35,666 nucleotides of DNA from Octopus bimaculoides (Eukaryota): assembly GCF_001194135.2 (NCBI RefSeq), contig NC_068984.1:94627053-94662718 (forward strand), in the 5' to 3' direction. Below, in pieces: positions 20,018 through 31,880 of this stretch (the first letter of the stretch is position 1; each line of letters begins with the position of its first letter). The notes below the pieces were generated by a model. That model saw only the letters and a program-made list of their open reading frames with translations. It was not told where the DNA came from and did no database searches. Both the position numbers and the translations under genes were made by a program.

Positions 20018-20827
20018 TAGTTTTATTTTTATAACGTGCTTTCACATCACTACCGAGCGCAGCTCTGTGCGCCTTGGGTATGTGCTGTGGTTTGCTGTGG
20101 TGCTCTTATAGTTACTGTATTGAAATTGTTTTGCGTAGGATGTGTGCAGTGCCCAGTAGTGCAATTTTCTGTATGTTATATATATTTGTAAGTCCTGGTG
20201 TTTTTGTTATGTATTTGTCTGAATATTTTTTTATTATACCTAAGGNNNNNNNNNNNNNNNNNNNNNNNNNNNNNNNNNNNNNNNNNNNNNNNNNNNNNNN
20301 NNNNNNNNNNNNNNNNNNNNNNNNNNNNNNNNNNNNNNNNNNNNNNNNNNNNNNNNNNNNNNNNNNNNNNNNNNNNNNNNNNNNNNNNNNNNNNNNNNNN
20401 NNNNNNNNNNNNNNNNNNNNNNNNNNNNNNNNNNNNNNNNNNNNNNNNNNNNNNNNNNNNNNNNNNNNNNNNNNNNNNNNNNNNNNNNNNNNNNNNNNNN
20501 NNNNNNNNNNNNNNNNNNNNNNNNNNNNNNNNNNNNNNNNNNNNNNNNNNNNNNNNNNNNNNNNNNNNNNNNNNNNNNNNNNNNNNNNNNNNNNNNNNNN
20601 NNNNNNNNNNNNNNNNNNNNNNNNNNNNNNNNNNNNNNNNNNNNNNNNNNNNNNNNNNNNNNNNNNNNNNNNNNNNNNNNNNNNNNCAGTTACTTGTTAT
20701 ATTTCTTTTCATTATGTGTTTTTGGTAATTTCTGGTGGGGAGGCTTTGGTCTTGTGCAGCAATTAAAAATCCTTCAGTCTCTGCTTTGAGTCCTGAGCTT
20801 CTCAACCATTGCTGGGATTTTTCTCTG

Positions 20828-20830
<3 letters not shown>
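19944..20830 (-). mobile_element. R4/Dong-type element B, 5'-truncated, with 3' UTR and (TAA)n tail
   Basis: REKSQQWLRSSGLKAETEGFLIAAQDQSLPTRNY (20690-20830), then after the gap YNIQKIALLGTAHILRKTISIQ* (20112-20180), 3' UTR and (TAA)n at 19944-20013. Confidence 0.85.
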
Positions 20831-20861
<31 letters not shown>

Positions 20862-20932
20862 CCATCACCACCACCACCACCATCCATCCATCCATCCATC
20901 CATCCATCCATCCAGTCAGTCAGTCAGTCAGT
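20831..20932. repeat. Compound microsatellite (CAT)n(CAC)n(CATC)n(CAGT)n
   Basis: Direct reading. Confidence 0.95.
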
Positions 20933-22172
20933 TCACTGCACTGCCTGGAATCAAACTCGGAATCTTGGGGTTAGTAGCCCACTCTCTTAACCTCTATGAC
21001 ATATGCCCGTGGGCAATTATGGAGTGAATTTTGGGGCTTATAAATCTAATATTTTTCTATCCTTCCTTAATACTGGTTCTCATATGCTGCTCATATCTGC
21101 ACTGGGTCTGCTTAGGAGGTTATTATGTCCTAGAAAATATCCATCAAATGTAAATAATGTACATAATTCCTCATCTCTCAAATACAGATTCTTCTGTCTA
21201 GGTTTCTCAATTCGCTGATCTTCTAGTTTATTAGTTAAAGCTGTAATTTATGATAGGTATGGCTAGTGTGTTTATCTCAATTATCTTATTTTTAGCATTA
21301 AGTTCAATGTTTAATATTAGTCTAACTCTTTTGTAATACTCCCTCCTAATTTTCTCTTTCATTCTGTGTGTTGTATTGTAGCTGTTTCATCTGTTCCTAT
21401 ATATTTGTATGAGCAATTGTAATCTAAATATCTAATTTCTGTGTCTATGTTGAGTGCAGTGTTTTCAGTGCTGAATAATTTGCTTCATCTCAGTGTGACA
21501 CTGGCACATTTGTCCAACCCGATAGTTATTCCCATGTCATTGCTGAAACTCTGGACAATTTTGATAAGGTTTCTCTGTTCCATGGTGCTTTTAGCGAAAA
21601 GTTTTATGTCATCCATGTACAGGAGATGGCTTATTTTTTGTCCATAACACCTATAACCCATGGTGGTTTCATTTAACAAGTTTGTTAGCAGAATCAGAGA
21701 AAGGCAGAAAAGCAGGGGTGACAGTGAATCTCCCTGGAAAATCCTCCTTCTTATGGGTATAGGGTAGGTTTTAATAACTTGTGAGTCATTTTTTAATGTT
21801 ATACTGGTTTTCCAGTTTGCCATTGCATGTTTAATATACTTTAGTAATGGTGGGGTTACCTTATTTGTGTGGAGAGATTCCAGTATCCATGAATGTGGAA
21901 CACTGTCGAATGATTTCTGGTTATCAATCCCAAGTCATGTTCAGGTTTATCTTTCTCCTCTTACAGTCCTGTATAATGGCTCAGTTTACCAGAAGTTGCT
22001 CCTTACAGCCATACATCCCTCTCCAGTACTCTTGTTGTTCTTCTGGTAAAACGTTGTTTTCCAGGTGCTTTATAAGCCGGTTATAGATGACTGATATTAA
22101 GGTTTTGTAGGATGTTGATAAGCATGTTACTGGTCTGCAATTTTGTGGGTGTACAGTGTCTTTGTTATTTGC

Positions 22173-25100
22173 ATGGTTTGCGAATATCGTAAACTCCCTT
22201 CCTTCCAGGAAATGACAATAATACTTCTCCACAAAATAAATAACAAGTAATTCTCTTCCAAACATGCTATAGTGTATCTCAGCAGGCTTGATCTGATGGC
22301 AATAAAATACCAGCAGTTGCAGAATTCCTTGGTCAGCTTGCTGTAATATGGCACCCACAGCTGTATCTGATGCATTTACCACAAGCAAAAGCTTCGCATT
22401 GGATTTTGGGTGTACTAACATTGAAACATTAGCCAGGGCTTGTTTGACAGTTTGAAAATCAGCAACAAGTGACGGGGAAAGGGTGATAACTTCATTCCTC
22501 TTCTTACAATCTTTCAGCAATGCTGTAAGTGAACTCAATTTCTCCACACAATTTGGAATGAATCAATGATAAAAATTCGCCAAACTGAGGAAATAGCAAA
22601 GCTGCTTAAGAGAAGATGAAGAAGGAAGCTTCTGAATAGTTTGTACCTTCTCTGGGAGAGGACAAATTCCATCATGATCAATGATATGGCCTAAGAATTC
22701 CAGCGATGCAGAACCAAACACACTCTTTGCAATTACGTAAATGCTGAAAAAAGTAGCATTAGATGCTGGATATGCTCTTTCTTTGAAGAACTTGCGATGA
22801 GTAAATCATCAGTATAAGCATAGACGAAATCGTGACCATGAATGACCTCATCTATAAACCTTTGAAAGGTGCTAGTGGCATTCCACAATCCAAAAGACAT
22901 TAAAAGGAATTCAAATGAACTAAAAGGAGTAGTAAGGGCAGTCTTTGGTATATCATCTGGATTTAAAGGAATCTGGTGATATGCCTGGACAAGATTAACC
23001 TTAGAAAAGGTAGCAAGGAAAGTCCTGAAAGTGTGAAATAAGGTATCTGTCTGGGGTCGTAATAGCATTTAATCTGCGACAATCTCCAACTGGAGCATGC
23101 GGTCAAATTCTGCTTTTGCAGCCTTGAGTTTATCAGGAGGAAGACGGCAGGGATGAACAAACACTGGTGGTCCACTGGTGTTGATAAGATGCCTCATAGA
23201 ATGAACAGGATCAGTGACTTTGAAAGTTAAATTGGTAAGTTCCAGGAAAGAGTTCAAGAAGGGAATGGTATGTATCACCAGATACAGCACTAAAAAATAC
23301 CAGACTTACAACAGGAGCAAATGCTGGACAACCAAGAACTGATAACTCCATTGGGTTATCCAACAAATGCTGTTGGTGAACATCCATCAACAGTGAGAAG
23401 TGGTGGAGGAAATCTGCCCTGAGAATAGGATAGGGTAGATCAGCAATCACAAAAATCTATTTAAAGTCCCTCTGGAGTGCCAAATCGAAAGAGAGAGATG
23501 TCTGCCCAAACGTGTCAATAGGAGAATGGTTGACAACTTGCTGAGAAATTCAAGAGAGAACTGGCTTATCTGTTACAAACTTCACCAGCCAGACACTACA
23601 TGAAGTGCCAGTGTCAACCATAAAATTCTTTTGCAAGTTGGGGTCCAGCACAAAACATGCATGATTAGGGGCTGACATAGTGGGAGCTGCTGACATGCTC
23701 AGTGTCACCCTAACTAGTTTTCTTGACTCGAGGATGAACATGGAGGCACACACTTGCGTGCTTTCATGCTAAAATGCGCATGATACCAACCTACAGTCCT
23801 TGACAAAGAAGGAGAGGAATAACAATAATGGCTGGATGAATGGCTATGTCACCAGAACTCTCAAGATACACACATCTTTTCAATCTGTCTTGTAAGTTGC
23901 TGAATGGCTTCCATAGTCGCGTGCATGATTAGAAATAGGATCAATAGTAACTATATTAGACAATGCAGCAATGACTTCAGTGGAAGAGATTTGGTTTCCA
24001 GAAAATTCCATTATTTTGTCAGCTGAAGTGGCTATCTGATCCGCAGTGCTGACTTCAACCATAGGAGCTAAGATGGCCTGGACATTCTGCAGGAAACACA
24101 AGAATAACAACTGTTTTAGGAGAGAGCTATCTTCAGGAGATACGTCTGTGAGGTTGCGAATGCAACAAAGAAATTCTGTGAGCTTTCTGTCACCCAAATG
24201 CTCGTCGTTTACAAGAGGCTGGAAGCGGCATTCAACTGAAAAGGATGTCCTGCAAAGAACCTCTTGTTTGATTGAAGAATAAGATGCATCCTTTGGCATA
24301 TCTGTTATCAAATCTTTCAAATGGTTAGCCAAGGCAGAAGGAAACACACTAAGCAAAATGTCAAGTTGTTGTTGAGCTGACTGGATATTATTCACAGCAA
24401 AGTATGCCTCTACTTGCGCAAAGTACAAAGGAACATCTCCACAAAAGAGCAGGAAGGAAGAATGCTGCATGTTGCTGTCAAGAAATGTAGATGAATAGAA
24501 AAATATCAGCATGAAAAATCGATAGACCACCCAGGAAATTGAGGAAGCGAAGAGGTGAAGAGGAGGAAAGCAAAGCTGTAGAGTACTAAACATGATGGTT
24601 GTAGCAGTAGCAGCAAGGAAGAACTTCACTATATGTGGTTGGTGGATGCAATGGTACTGTCACATCACCCCAGTGAGAAGACGAAGAAGACAACATCATT
24701 CAAAAGTAGAAAAAATAACTTACAACTATAAAACTCTGTTTGCTATCCACTGAAGTTGTTAGGAAAACTGACTGAAAAGATGTAGGGTAAGAAGAGACAG
24801 GAAAACGTTGATTTGACACATAAAAACATTTTTTTTCTTCTTTCAGCATCACAATTTTAATGAGGAATCAAACATGAATCCAGTTTTGTTGCTTGTGTTC
24901 TGTTAAGTTGTATGTACATAGGCCTGACAAATAACATTCTGTCAAAGTTTAGATAATAAGATTTTATATAACTGTGCTTTTACAAAAAGTGCATGTGAAA
25001 TAGTAAAAGGTGTACAAACGTGGTTGTTTCATAGCTAGTGAAAATTAGTTGGTCAGTAGTTGGTTGGAGAATAAGCCAGTTGGCATTAATGGTTAAAGGT

Positions 25101-25416
25101 TCATCTTATGTGATTTGTGCTGGAACAGAAGAGAGTAAGGAATGCACCAGCTACATAATGAGGTAGCTGTAATAGCTGAGAGCAAAGCAAGCTAGCCACT
25201 CTAAGAGCCAGGAGTCAAGAGCTCAGTCCAGTGAAAGTCATACCAAATAAGATAAGAGAGACTAAATGTCCGTTTAGAGTTTGTATATCTTTCCAGTAGA
25301 AATGCTATGTCTCAAAGACTGCTGGGAGTACAGTACCATCAAAGTGCCAACTACCTACAACAGAATGAGGGGACATAACTCTGCTCTTTTCCTTTTATTA
25401 TTATCTAGCCATAACA
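22173..25416 (-). mobile_element. Gypsy-2: putative 5' LTR, gag, PR, RT, RNase H; integrase and 3' LTR missing
   Basis: gag ORF 23880..24629 (VPLYFAQVEAYF), FMVDTGTSCSV (PR, ORF 23550..23753), [14 protein letters not shown] and [11 protein letters not shown] (RT), NASDTAVGAIL and YSMFGRELLVIY (RNase H); PBS-like TAGTGAAGTTC at 24621-24631. Confidence 0.88.
24634..25416 (-). repeat. Putative 5' LTR of Gypsy-2
   Basis: Minus strand starts TGTTATGG exactly where R4-A homology stops and ends ...CAACCACA just before the PBS-like motif; no second copy to confirm, may be composite. Confidence 0.5.
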
Positions 25417-26267
25417 ATGCTTGCTCATCCAGTTTGGTGTTGATTCTAGCTCACTTATCAATAAATTAAATACTGCCGCTAAGTGGTTATGGGTGTTGGT
25501 GAGGTGTTTCAACCAGAAGTTGGGGACCTTGTCTGTCCCTGGAGTTTTCCAGTTGCTGGTATTCCTCAGTGTGTCCATGATCTCTTGGCCTGTGATGGTG
25601 CACCATATCTGTTGTTCTATTGTGTTCTTGCTATCTTTTTCTCTACTAATCCACAGAGCATTTTTGTTGGGTTTTTTTGGTTTGTTCCATATTACTTCCC
25701 AGTATGACTAAATCGCTGATGTTATTGGCATGGCATCTATTGATATAGTTTTTTTGTTTAGCTTTCTATAAAAACTTTTTATGTTTATTTTGAATTCTCT
25801 ATTTTGTTGGAAGAAGCGTTTCCATTTTTCATGTGGTAAATTTTTGCTGCTATGCCTTGTTTAAATTTTTCTTTTACCTCCCAGGTATTTTTTATGTTGT
25901 TTTGTTTTGTTATATGAGCCTTTTTTTTATTTTTCATATTTGATCCCATTTTCTCTAATTCACAAAGTAGTGATAAGTCTTTCTTTTGTTTATGAATTTT
26001 ATTTATTATGATCTGTTTCCATTTTGGGCTTTGAGATTTGGTTGGGACTTTTTTTTTTCCTTGTAAGGGTCCAGTTTCCCTACAGCTGTTGGGTAGATCA
26101 AGTCATTTACTTTGTTGATATCTAGTGTATCTTTTGATATGGTTATTATTACTTGTAAGGTTCTGTTGTATCTATTTATCCTTTCATAGAGCTATTAAAT
26201 TTTTCTGTAGCCTGGGGAGACGTTTACGCTGGTCCATATTTATTGACTGTGTGATGTTTAGTTCTTT

Positions 26268-26299
<32 letters not shown>

Positions 26300-26320
26300 T
26301 TTCTTCTTCTTCTTCTTCTT
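26268..26320. repeat. (TAC)n(TTC)n microsatellite at the 5' end of R4-A
   Basis: Direct reading. Confidence 0.9.
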
Positions 26321-26373
26321 CTCAAATTTGTGAGTTGTAATTTATAGAAGTAAGTTGTAATCTACATCATAAT

Positions 26374-27345
26374 AAGAAAGCTGGCTGAAAAGTTCATAGG
26401 CTGACCAAGATACTCTCATGGAATGTGACCAAATGAGGTTTATTTTTCAACATAGTCCCTCTTGTGGTCCACACATTTCTTTCATTGCTGTTGCAGTGCT
26501 TGTATTCCATTAGTGAAGAAACTTTCACCCTATTGGTCAAAAGATCATCAACAGCAGATATGGCCTCATCATCACTGCAATGCTGGTTTCCAGTTAAGTA
26601 TTTTTTCATGTTGGGGAACAGACGATAGTCAAATGGGGTCAAATCAGGAGAATAGGGAGAGTGATCAACCAGTTCAAAACCACAGTTATGCATAGGAATC
26701 ATTGAAACTAAAGACTTGTGTGTTGGAGCATTGCCCTGAAGAAACAAGACCCCTTTTGTCAGTTTTCCTGAGTGTTTGGTCTTGATAGCCTTTTGTAACT
26801 GCTTCATTGATGGTGTGGCCCTAGCCGATAAGCACAATACCTTTTATATCCCCAAAAAAACTGAGGCCACCGTTATTTCCTGCAGATGAAATGACCTTGA
26901 CCTTCTTTGGAGCAAGTGGAGAAGAGGTGTTTCCACTGCATTGATTGTCTCTGGCTCAAAGTGATGAACCCAATAGTCACCTTTGGTCTGGAAATCAACT
27001 AGATCTGCCTCAAATGATGTCAGACTTTTCCATGGTGTCATCAGTTTGGTGCACTTTTGATCAGGTATCAGAAGACATAGCACCCATCTAGCAGAAACCT
27101 TCATCATACCAAGTTCATTATGCAGAATATTCTCAACTCTTTCACGGGATATGTTAATAACATTGGCTATTTGATTTATAGTCAATTGCTTGTCATTCAT
27201 TATCATGTTGTGAACACGATCAATGTTTTCCTTGGTGGTGGCAGCTGAACACAGAATATATAGTGGTTAAATATTGCAATACATTTTGTCTGTCACAGCT
27301 CTTACTCGACTCAAAGCAGCTGTATAGCCTTACTGTTTTGCATCT
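26374..27345 (-). mobile_element. mariner (Tc1/mariner) DNA transposon remnant
   Basis: KVSARWVLCLL (WVPR-L motif), WVHHFEPET, VLFLQGNAPTH, YSPDLTPFDYRLFPNMKK (YSPDL); TIR-like gctggctgaaaagttcatagg at about 26380-26400; frameshifted, HTH region deleted, other TIR not recognised. Confidence 0.9.
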
Positions 27346-27665
27346 GTTTGACTATAACATCTGAAAACTTGTTATTGTTTCACTCTAAACTAAGTACAAA
27401 TCCTGAATTGTTTCAGTTTCTAGAATCTTATAAATTGATCAGGTACCCTATATATGCTGTAAAATCTGTAGGTTCTTCTTGCTCTCATTACCATCTCTCT
27501 TTTATCCTAAAATGCAGGTTTGGTGATTTTATGAAAGGGTACAATTTAAACCTAAGATTTCTAATTAAAGAAGTTATGAAATATTCTAATTCTTTTTAAA
27601 ACTTGCATTTTCTTAAACCTTGCTAATGTAATGATATTGGAGAGTATTGCATATTTATTGTTAAG

Positions 27666-27787
27666 GTACCATTGAAGAATGTTCTGCCACAACAACAATA
27701 TCGTCAACCAGAAGATGATGAAGATGAAGAGAATTCTTCACCTGAAGATAATACCAGAACTACAAAGAATAAATGGGATAAGTTAAG
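27666..27787 (+). CDS. Putative host-gene exon e (phase 0 to 2): VPLKNVLPQQQYRQPEDDEDEENSSPEDNTRTTKNKWDKL(R)
   Basis: 122 bp open frame, donor AG|gtagat, acceptor ttattgttaag (weak pyrimidine tract); phase 2 end matches exon f. Confidence 0.68.
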
Positions 27788-28839
27788 GTAGATTTTACAC
27801 ATCAATTTTTAGTTGTCAAATTATATAAAATAGAAAATTCTTGTATGTAGATTTGTATATGTTACATATATGTGTACAAACCCTGTGTGTGCATGTGCAT
27901 GTATGTAATGTCTGGATTTCTAGTAACTTTATGGCTTTAATTAATTTATGGACCAAAAGATTTTTGAAAGATCTCCTGCATTTTTATTTGTCGTAGTTAC
28001 TCACTGGTCAGCCTTGAATGTGTGATCTTTTTTTATATTAGTTACCTTTTTTTTATATTAGTGACTACATTATCTAATATGTTCCATTTTAAAATTAATG
28101 TTACATGCTGGCAATAGTTAGATGTTCAGTGAACAATGAACTAGTAATTTTTCACAAAGGTAAATATAATTTGTATATGTCCTATTTGCATTCAAGAAGT
28201 CAACTGCAGTTTTTAAAAAGTACAGTCTTGAATGCTGCTGTTTTACCAAGCTTGTCGATTATGCACTACTAAAATTTGAGTCACATGGCATTCTAAAAAG
28301 AACCTATATGTAAAAGCATTCTATTTTCAAAAGACATCACCAAGTGTGTGGGCTAATAGCAAAGAAATTGAAAGCTTACATTGAAGGAATTTTTGTTTAA
28401 GATTGTATAGTTGCCACATCCAATAACTCCCCTAACTTTCCCTAACCATGCATTATCTTACACACAACCTGACTCTCCAAACTGTACTGATTATGAAAAT
28501 AGACACTGGTGAGGGTCCAGTAGGAATATTTAAAATTTGTCTTTTTTAATAGCAAAAAACTCAAGTATAAAAAGCACTTGTATGTAAAAAAAACACCATC
28601 CCACCACTCTTCTAAAACATGAGCTAGAGCTCAGCATCTAGAGTCAGGTAGCTCCAAATGCTGCACTTCACTATCACTACAAATCTCTCCTGAAAGTAAT
28701 TAGGACCACATTGCAAAAACTAGTACTTTTTCCCAATGCTAGAAAATATTTCAGCTCCCAACAGTTACTGAGGCCTGCAATGGACTACAGCTTCCACATC
28801 TGGGTGGTGGTGCTGCTACACACTCATGCACACAAGCAT

Positions 28840-28880
28840 ACACACACACACACACACACACACAGGCACGCACGCACGCA
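28840..28880. repeat. (CA)n/(CACG)n microsatellite
   Basis: Direct reading. Confidence 0.9.
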
Positions 28881-29019
28881 CCCCTGACTGTATTCACTGC
28901 TTGGCATTAAATCACTGACTGACTGACTCCAGCTCCTAACCCACAGGTGGACTGTTTTTTTTGTCTCTGTCTTTTCTATTGCTACTATAATTGTACAATG
29001 GCCTCTGTTTCTCCCCCAG

Positions 29020-29025
<6 letters not shown>

Positions 29026-29060
<35 letters not shown>
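29026..29060. repeat. (TA)n microsatellite
   Basis: Direct reading. Confidence 0.95.
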
Positions 29061-29061
<1 letters not shown>

Positions 29062-29984
29062 CATTGTATACATATAACTATATACATGTAGTTATATATC
29101 TATCTGTATATATATGTAGTTAATCAAAAATTTTCAACTTCCTTCTATTTGTGTATTTGTTAGTTTGTGTGTATGTGTTGAAGCTAATAAATGTATGTTT
29201 CTTAATTGTTTACTTGTATTTTAAGATGAAAATATTACTATCTATTTTTTGTTTTTCTTCCATTAGTTTGAAATTTAAACATCATCATCATCATTATTTT
29301 TTTATCAACAATAATGGTGGTGTCCCAGCATGACGTCAGCTCTTGAGCTGAAACTGGTAAAAATGTAAAAGAGAACAAGTAATCAATAAATAACTTTTCT
29401 TGACATTAAAAATATGCTGACTATCCTACTACATTGAGAAAGGAATGTATTTATGTATTTTTGTATGGATATTCATAGGATAGAAATTAAATATTTACTA
29501 GAAGTACCCTGTGGAAATTCCATGGTCATTTTGATAATTGTAAGATGGAATTGTATAATTTTCTGAACCATTAGAGCCTCGTGATGATGTAAAAGTTCAT
29601 ATAAGTAGTATTAAAATTGCAATCTCAGGAAACATCTGAAAGATTTTATATTCTTACATCTACTTTGTGAGTTGTCTTATTTATCACTTTATGTTAAAAA
29701 GTAAACAGTATTAACTATGGAGCAAAATCAAAGACATTATCTATAATATTATTTTGCTTCACTACATTGGTAAAGTTTTAATAAAACTCAATACAGTTAT
29801 TTGGAAAAAAAACTTATCATTCTTTGTCTTGTTAGTTTCTGTTGTTGACCATATTTTATAAGCTTTGACTGAGCAGACAATAGTTACTTCATTAAAGCAC
29901 ATCCATTAACTGATGGGTGATATGAATATTAAAAACAAAACATAAAAGAACTAACACTTTTCACTGTTCTCTTCAGTAAATACA

Positions 29985-30420
29985 CACACTCTCTCTCTCT
30001 CCCTCATTCTCCCTCTTATTCTCTCCCTACCCTACTTTCTCCTTTATTTCTTCCAACTATACCACATCTCCCCAGTGTTAAATATTTTCTTTCCCCTCTC
30101 TCTTTCTTTCTACTTCTGCCTTCAGCTATTTAACCACATACCATAATAGCAATCCTTTCCTCCTAGCTCTCACTGCTGAGCACCTCTCTCTCTCTCTCTC
30201 TTTCCTTTCTATCTTCTCAGTCTCACTTCAACTAACCACAATGTCACATTTTCTCTTTGTGAATTAATACAGAGATACATATGCGTGCATATATTACATA
30301 TGTACCTCTTTTTCTACTTCTTTTTCTCACTCCTCCTCTCTCTCTCATTCCACCTCCTCTCTCTCGTTCCACTTCCTCTCTCACTCTCATTCCACCCCTC
30401 TCTCTCTCTCTAACTAACTC
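29985..30420. repeat. CT-rich low-complexity tract
   Basis: Multiple interrupted (CT)n runs. Confidence 0.8.
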
Positions 30421-30822
30421 AAGTGAGTGAACTAGCAGAATTATAATATAATCAAATTATAATATATATCAAATTGTCAATCACTGGATGGTAGTTAATC
30501 TCCCAGTAAATTGAATCTGGAACTTAGTTTTGAGTACCATTTCTCACTAAAATCATTTCACTTATGTTGTTAATACTTTTGGGAAAGATATAAATGCCAA
30601 AAGTTTGTTTTTATCTTTCTGTGAAGTAAATTGATGATGTTCACTTATCACATTAAAAAAATACACTGTTTATTTCACTTGAGTGTGAAATAATCTTTTT
30701 GTAGTATTGATATTTAATATTTTCACATACTATAGGTATTTTTGTACTCTATTGATATTTTCAAACACATTTGATACTTTCATAAACAATTTTTATTTCC
30801 ATTCTCCATTGAAATTTTACAG

Positions 30823-30992
30823 AGAAGACAGAGATATCGAAAACCTGGCTGTAGTCTTAAATACCACTCTTCAAACCTACTCCTGGAAAAGTAATGATGA
30901 GAAATCTGATGATGATTGCACAACCATTATAAAATCAACAAATACAGTTATGGACACTAACTCAGATGATGGTGAAATAAATGATCTGCCCA
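30823..30992 (+). CDS. Putative host-gene exon f (phase 2 to 1): (R)EDRDIENLAVVLNTTLQTYSWKSNDEKSDDDCTTIIKSTNTVMDTNSDDGEINDLP
   Basis: Acceptor gaaattttacag, consensus donor A|gtaagt, 170 bp open frame; AG from exon e plus A gives Arg. Confidence 0.75.
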
Positions 30993-31880
30993 GTAAGTTA
31001 ACCATTTTTATTTAGATGATGTTAACCATGAAACATTATATGTTCATTAATACATTGTGGTGTACTTGTTTACAATCCACTATTGCCTTATTTCAGTCAT
31101 CATAATCATTGTTTCCTGTCATTGCCAAGTTTAAAATGTACAATTGTCAGGACTATGAGATGAACAAATGGAGTAATACTATGAAGTTCTCTTATAGACT
31201 ATCTTGATAGATAACAGCAATGTCATTATCACAGTTAAGGACTTCAAAAGATGATGAACAACATTAGGATCTTTACTTAATAGGACATCAATACTGTGAG
31301 ACAAAAAGAATGAAGATGGACCATGGTTCTTGATGTACTGTAATGTAAAAAAATGCTTAAACCATTTGCAGCTCAAACTTTAGAAAGTTAGCCAACTACC
31401 TGATCACCTACATCTCAGATAAATTTACAAAATCAAATAAACTTCATACACATTTATAAATAGGATAGAGAATTAGTTAAGAATATCAATTTTTTTTCCT
31501 AATGAAGAATGCACCACTTAACATGGATTAGTGGTTAGTGATCTCAACATAAGAGCTAGGCTGACTCAGAGCCAAAAGACAAATAATTTCAAATAAATAC
31601 TTTGCGAACCATAGGACAACAAAGAAAAGGAGCAACTAGAGGATGACTAAGTGATTCTATGAGTCACTTGCTGACAGCGACAGACCAGATTTCTGGATAG
31701 AGCAAGGTTTCAGTCAGATGAAGGTTGTTGAGTAGAATGGTATGATGGATAGAGCCATGAATACCAAGAGGCAGGCCTACAATGGAGTAAAGAAATTAGG
31801 GAAAACAAGAAATTATATCAGGTAGCAGGAGGGTAACTAAACATCACATCAAAAGAGAAAATTATATTAGGTGAAATGTT

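Larger units (their letters stand above)
19839..21188. mobile_element. Second PLE/tRNA/hammerhead unit, inserted in R4-A and itself interrupted
   Basis: 19845-19935 matches the left arm of 15938-16044; 20940-21008 matches the tRNA-like segment; 21134-21188 matches the PLE end aaatatcc(a/g)tcaaatgtaaataatgta...attcctcatctct. Confidence 0.8.
19190..26265 (-). mobile_element. R4/Dong-type RLE non-LTR retrotransposon A, decayed, split by nested insertions (host segments about 19190-19838, 21189-22172, 25417-26265)
   Basis: Collinear minus-strand motifs: NWKTPGTDKVPNFWLKHL (25480-25560), RPVTCLSTSYK and GCKEQLLVN (ORF 21981..), FQGDSLSPLLF and LLYMDDIKLF (ORF 21485..21823), LDRR, HHPKADTDRLYLPYSEGG (19760-19830), GLKAKTEGLILAAQDQ, CRMCN..ETVDHIISGC, RHNNV. 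Confidence 0.88.

Noticed and set aside
20809-20974. Poly-His or poly-Ile ORFs
   Set aside because: Translations of the (CAT)n compound microsatellite
27417-27538. Micro-exons FLESYKLIR and FGDFMKG
   Set aside because: Weak donors (gtaccc, gtacaa) and the final phase 2 does not match exon e; the chain is complete without them
31179-31376. Possible transposase or LINE fragment on minus
   Set aside because: No motif I could identify with confidence in any frame
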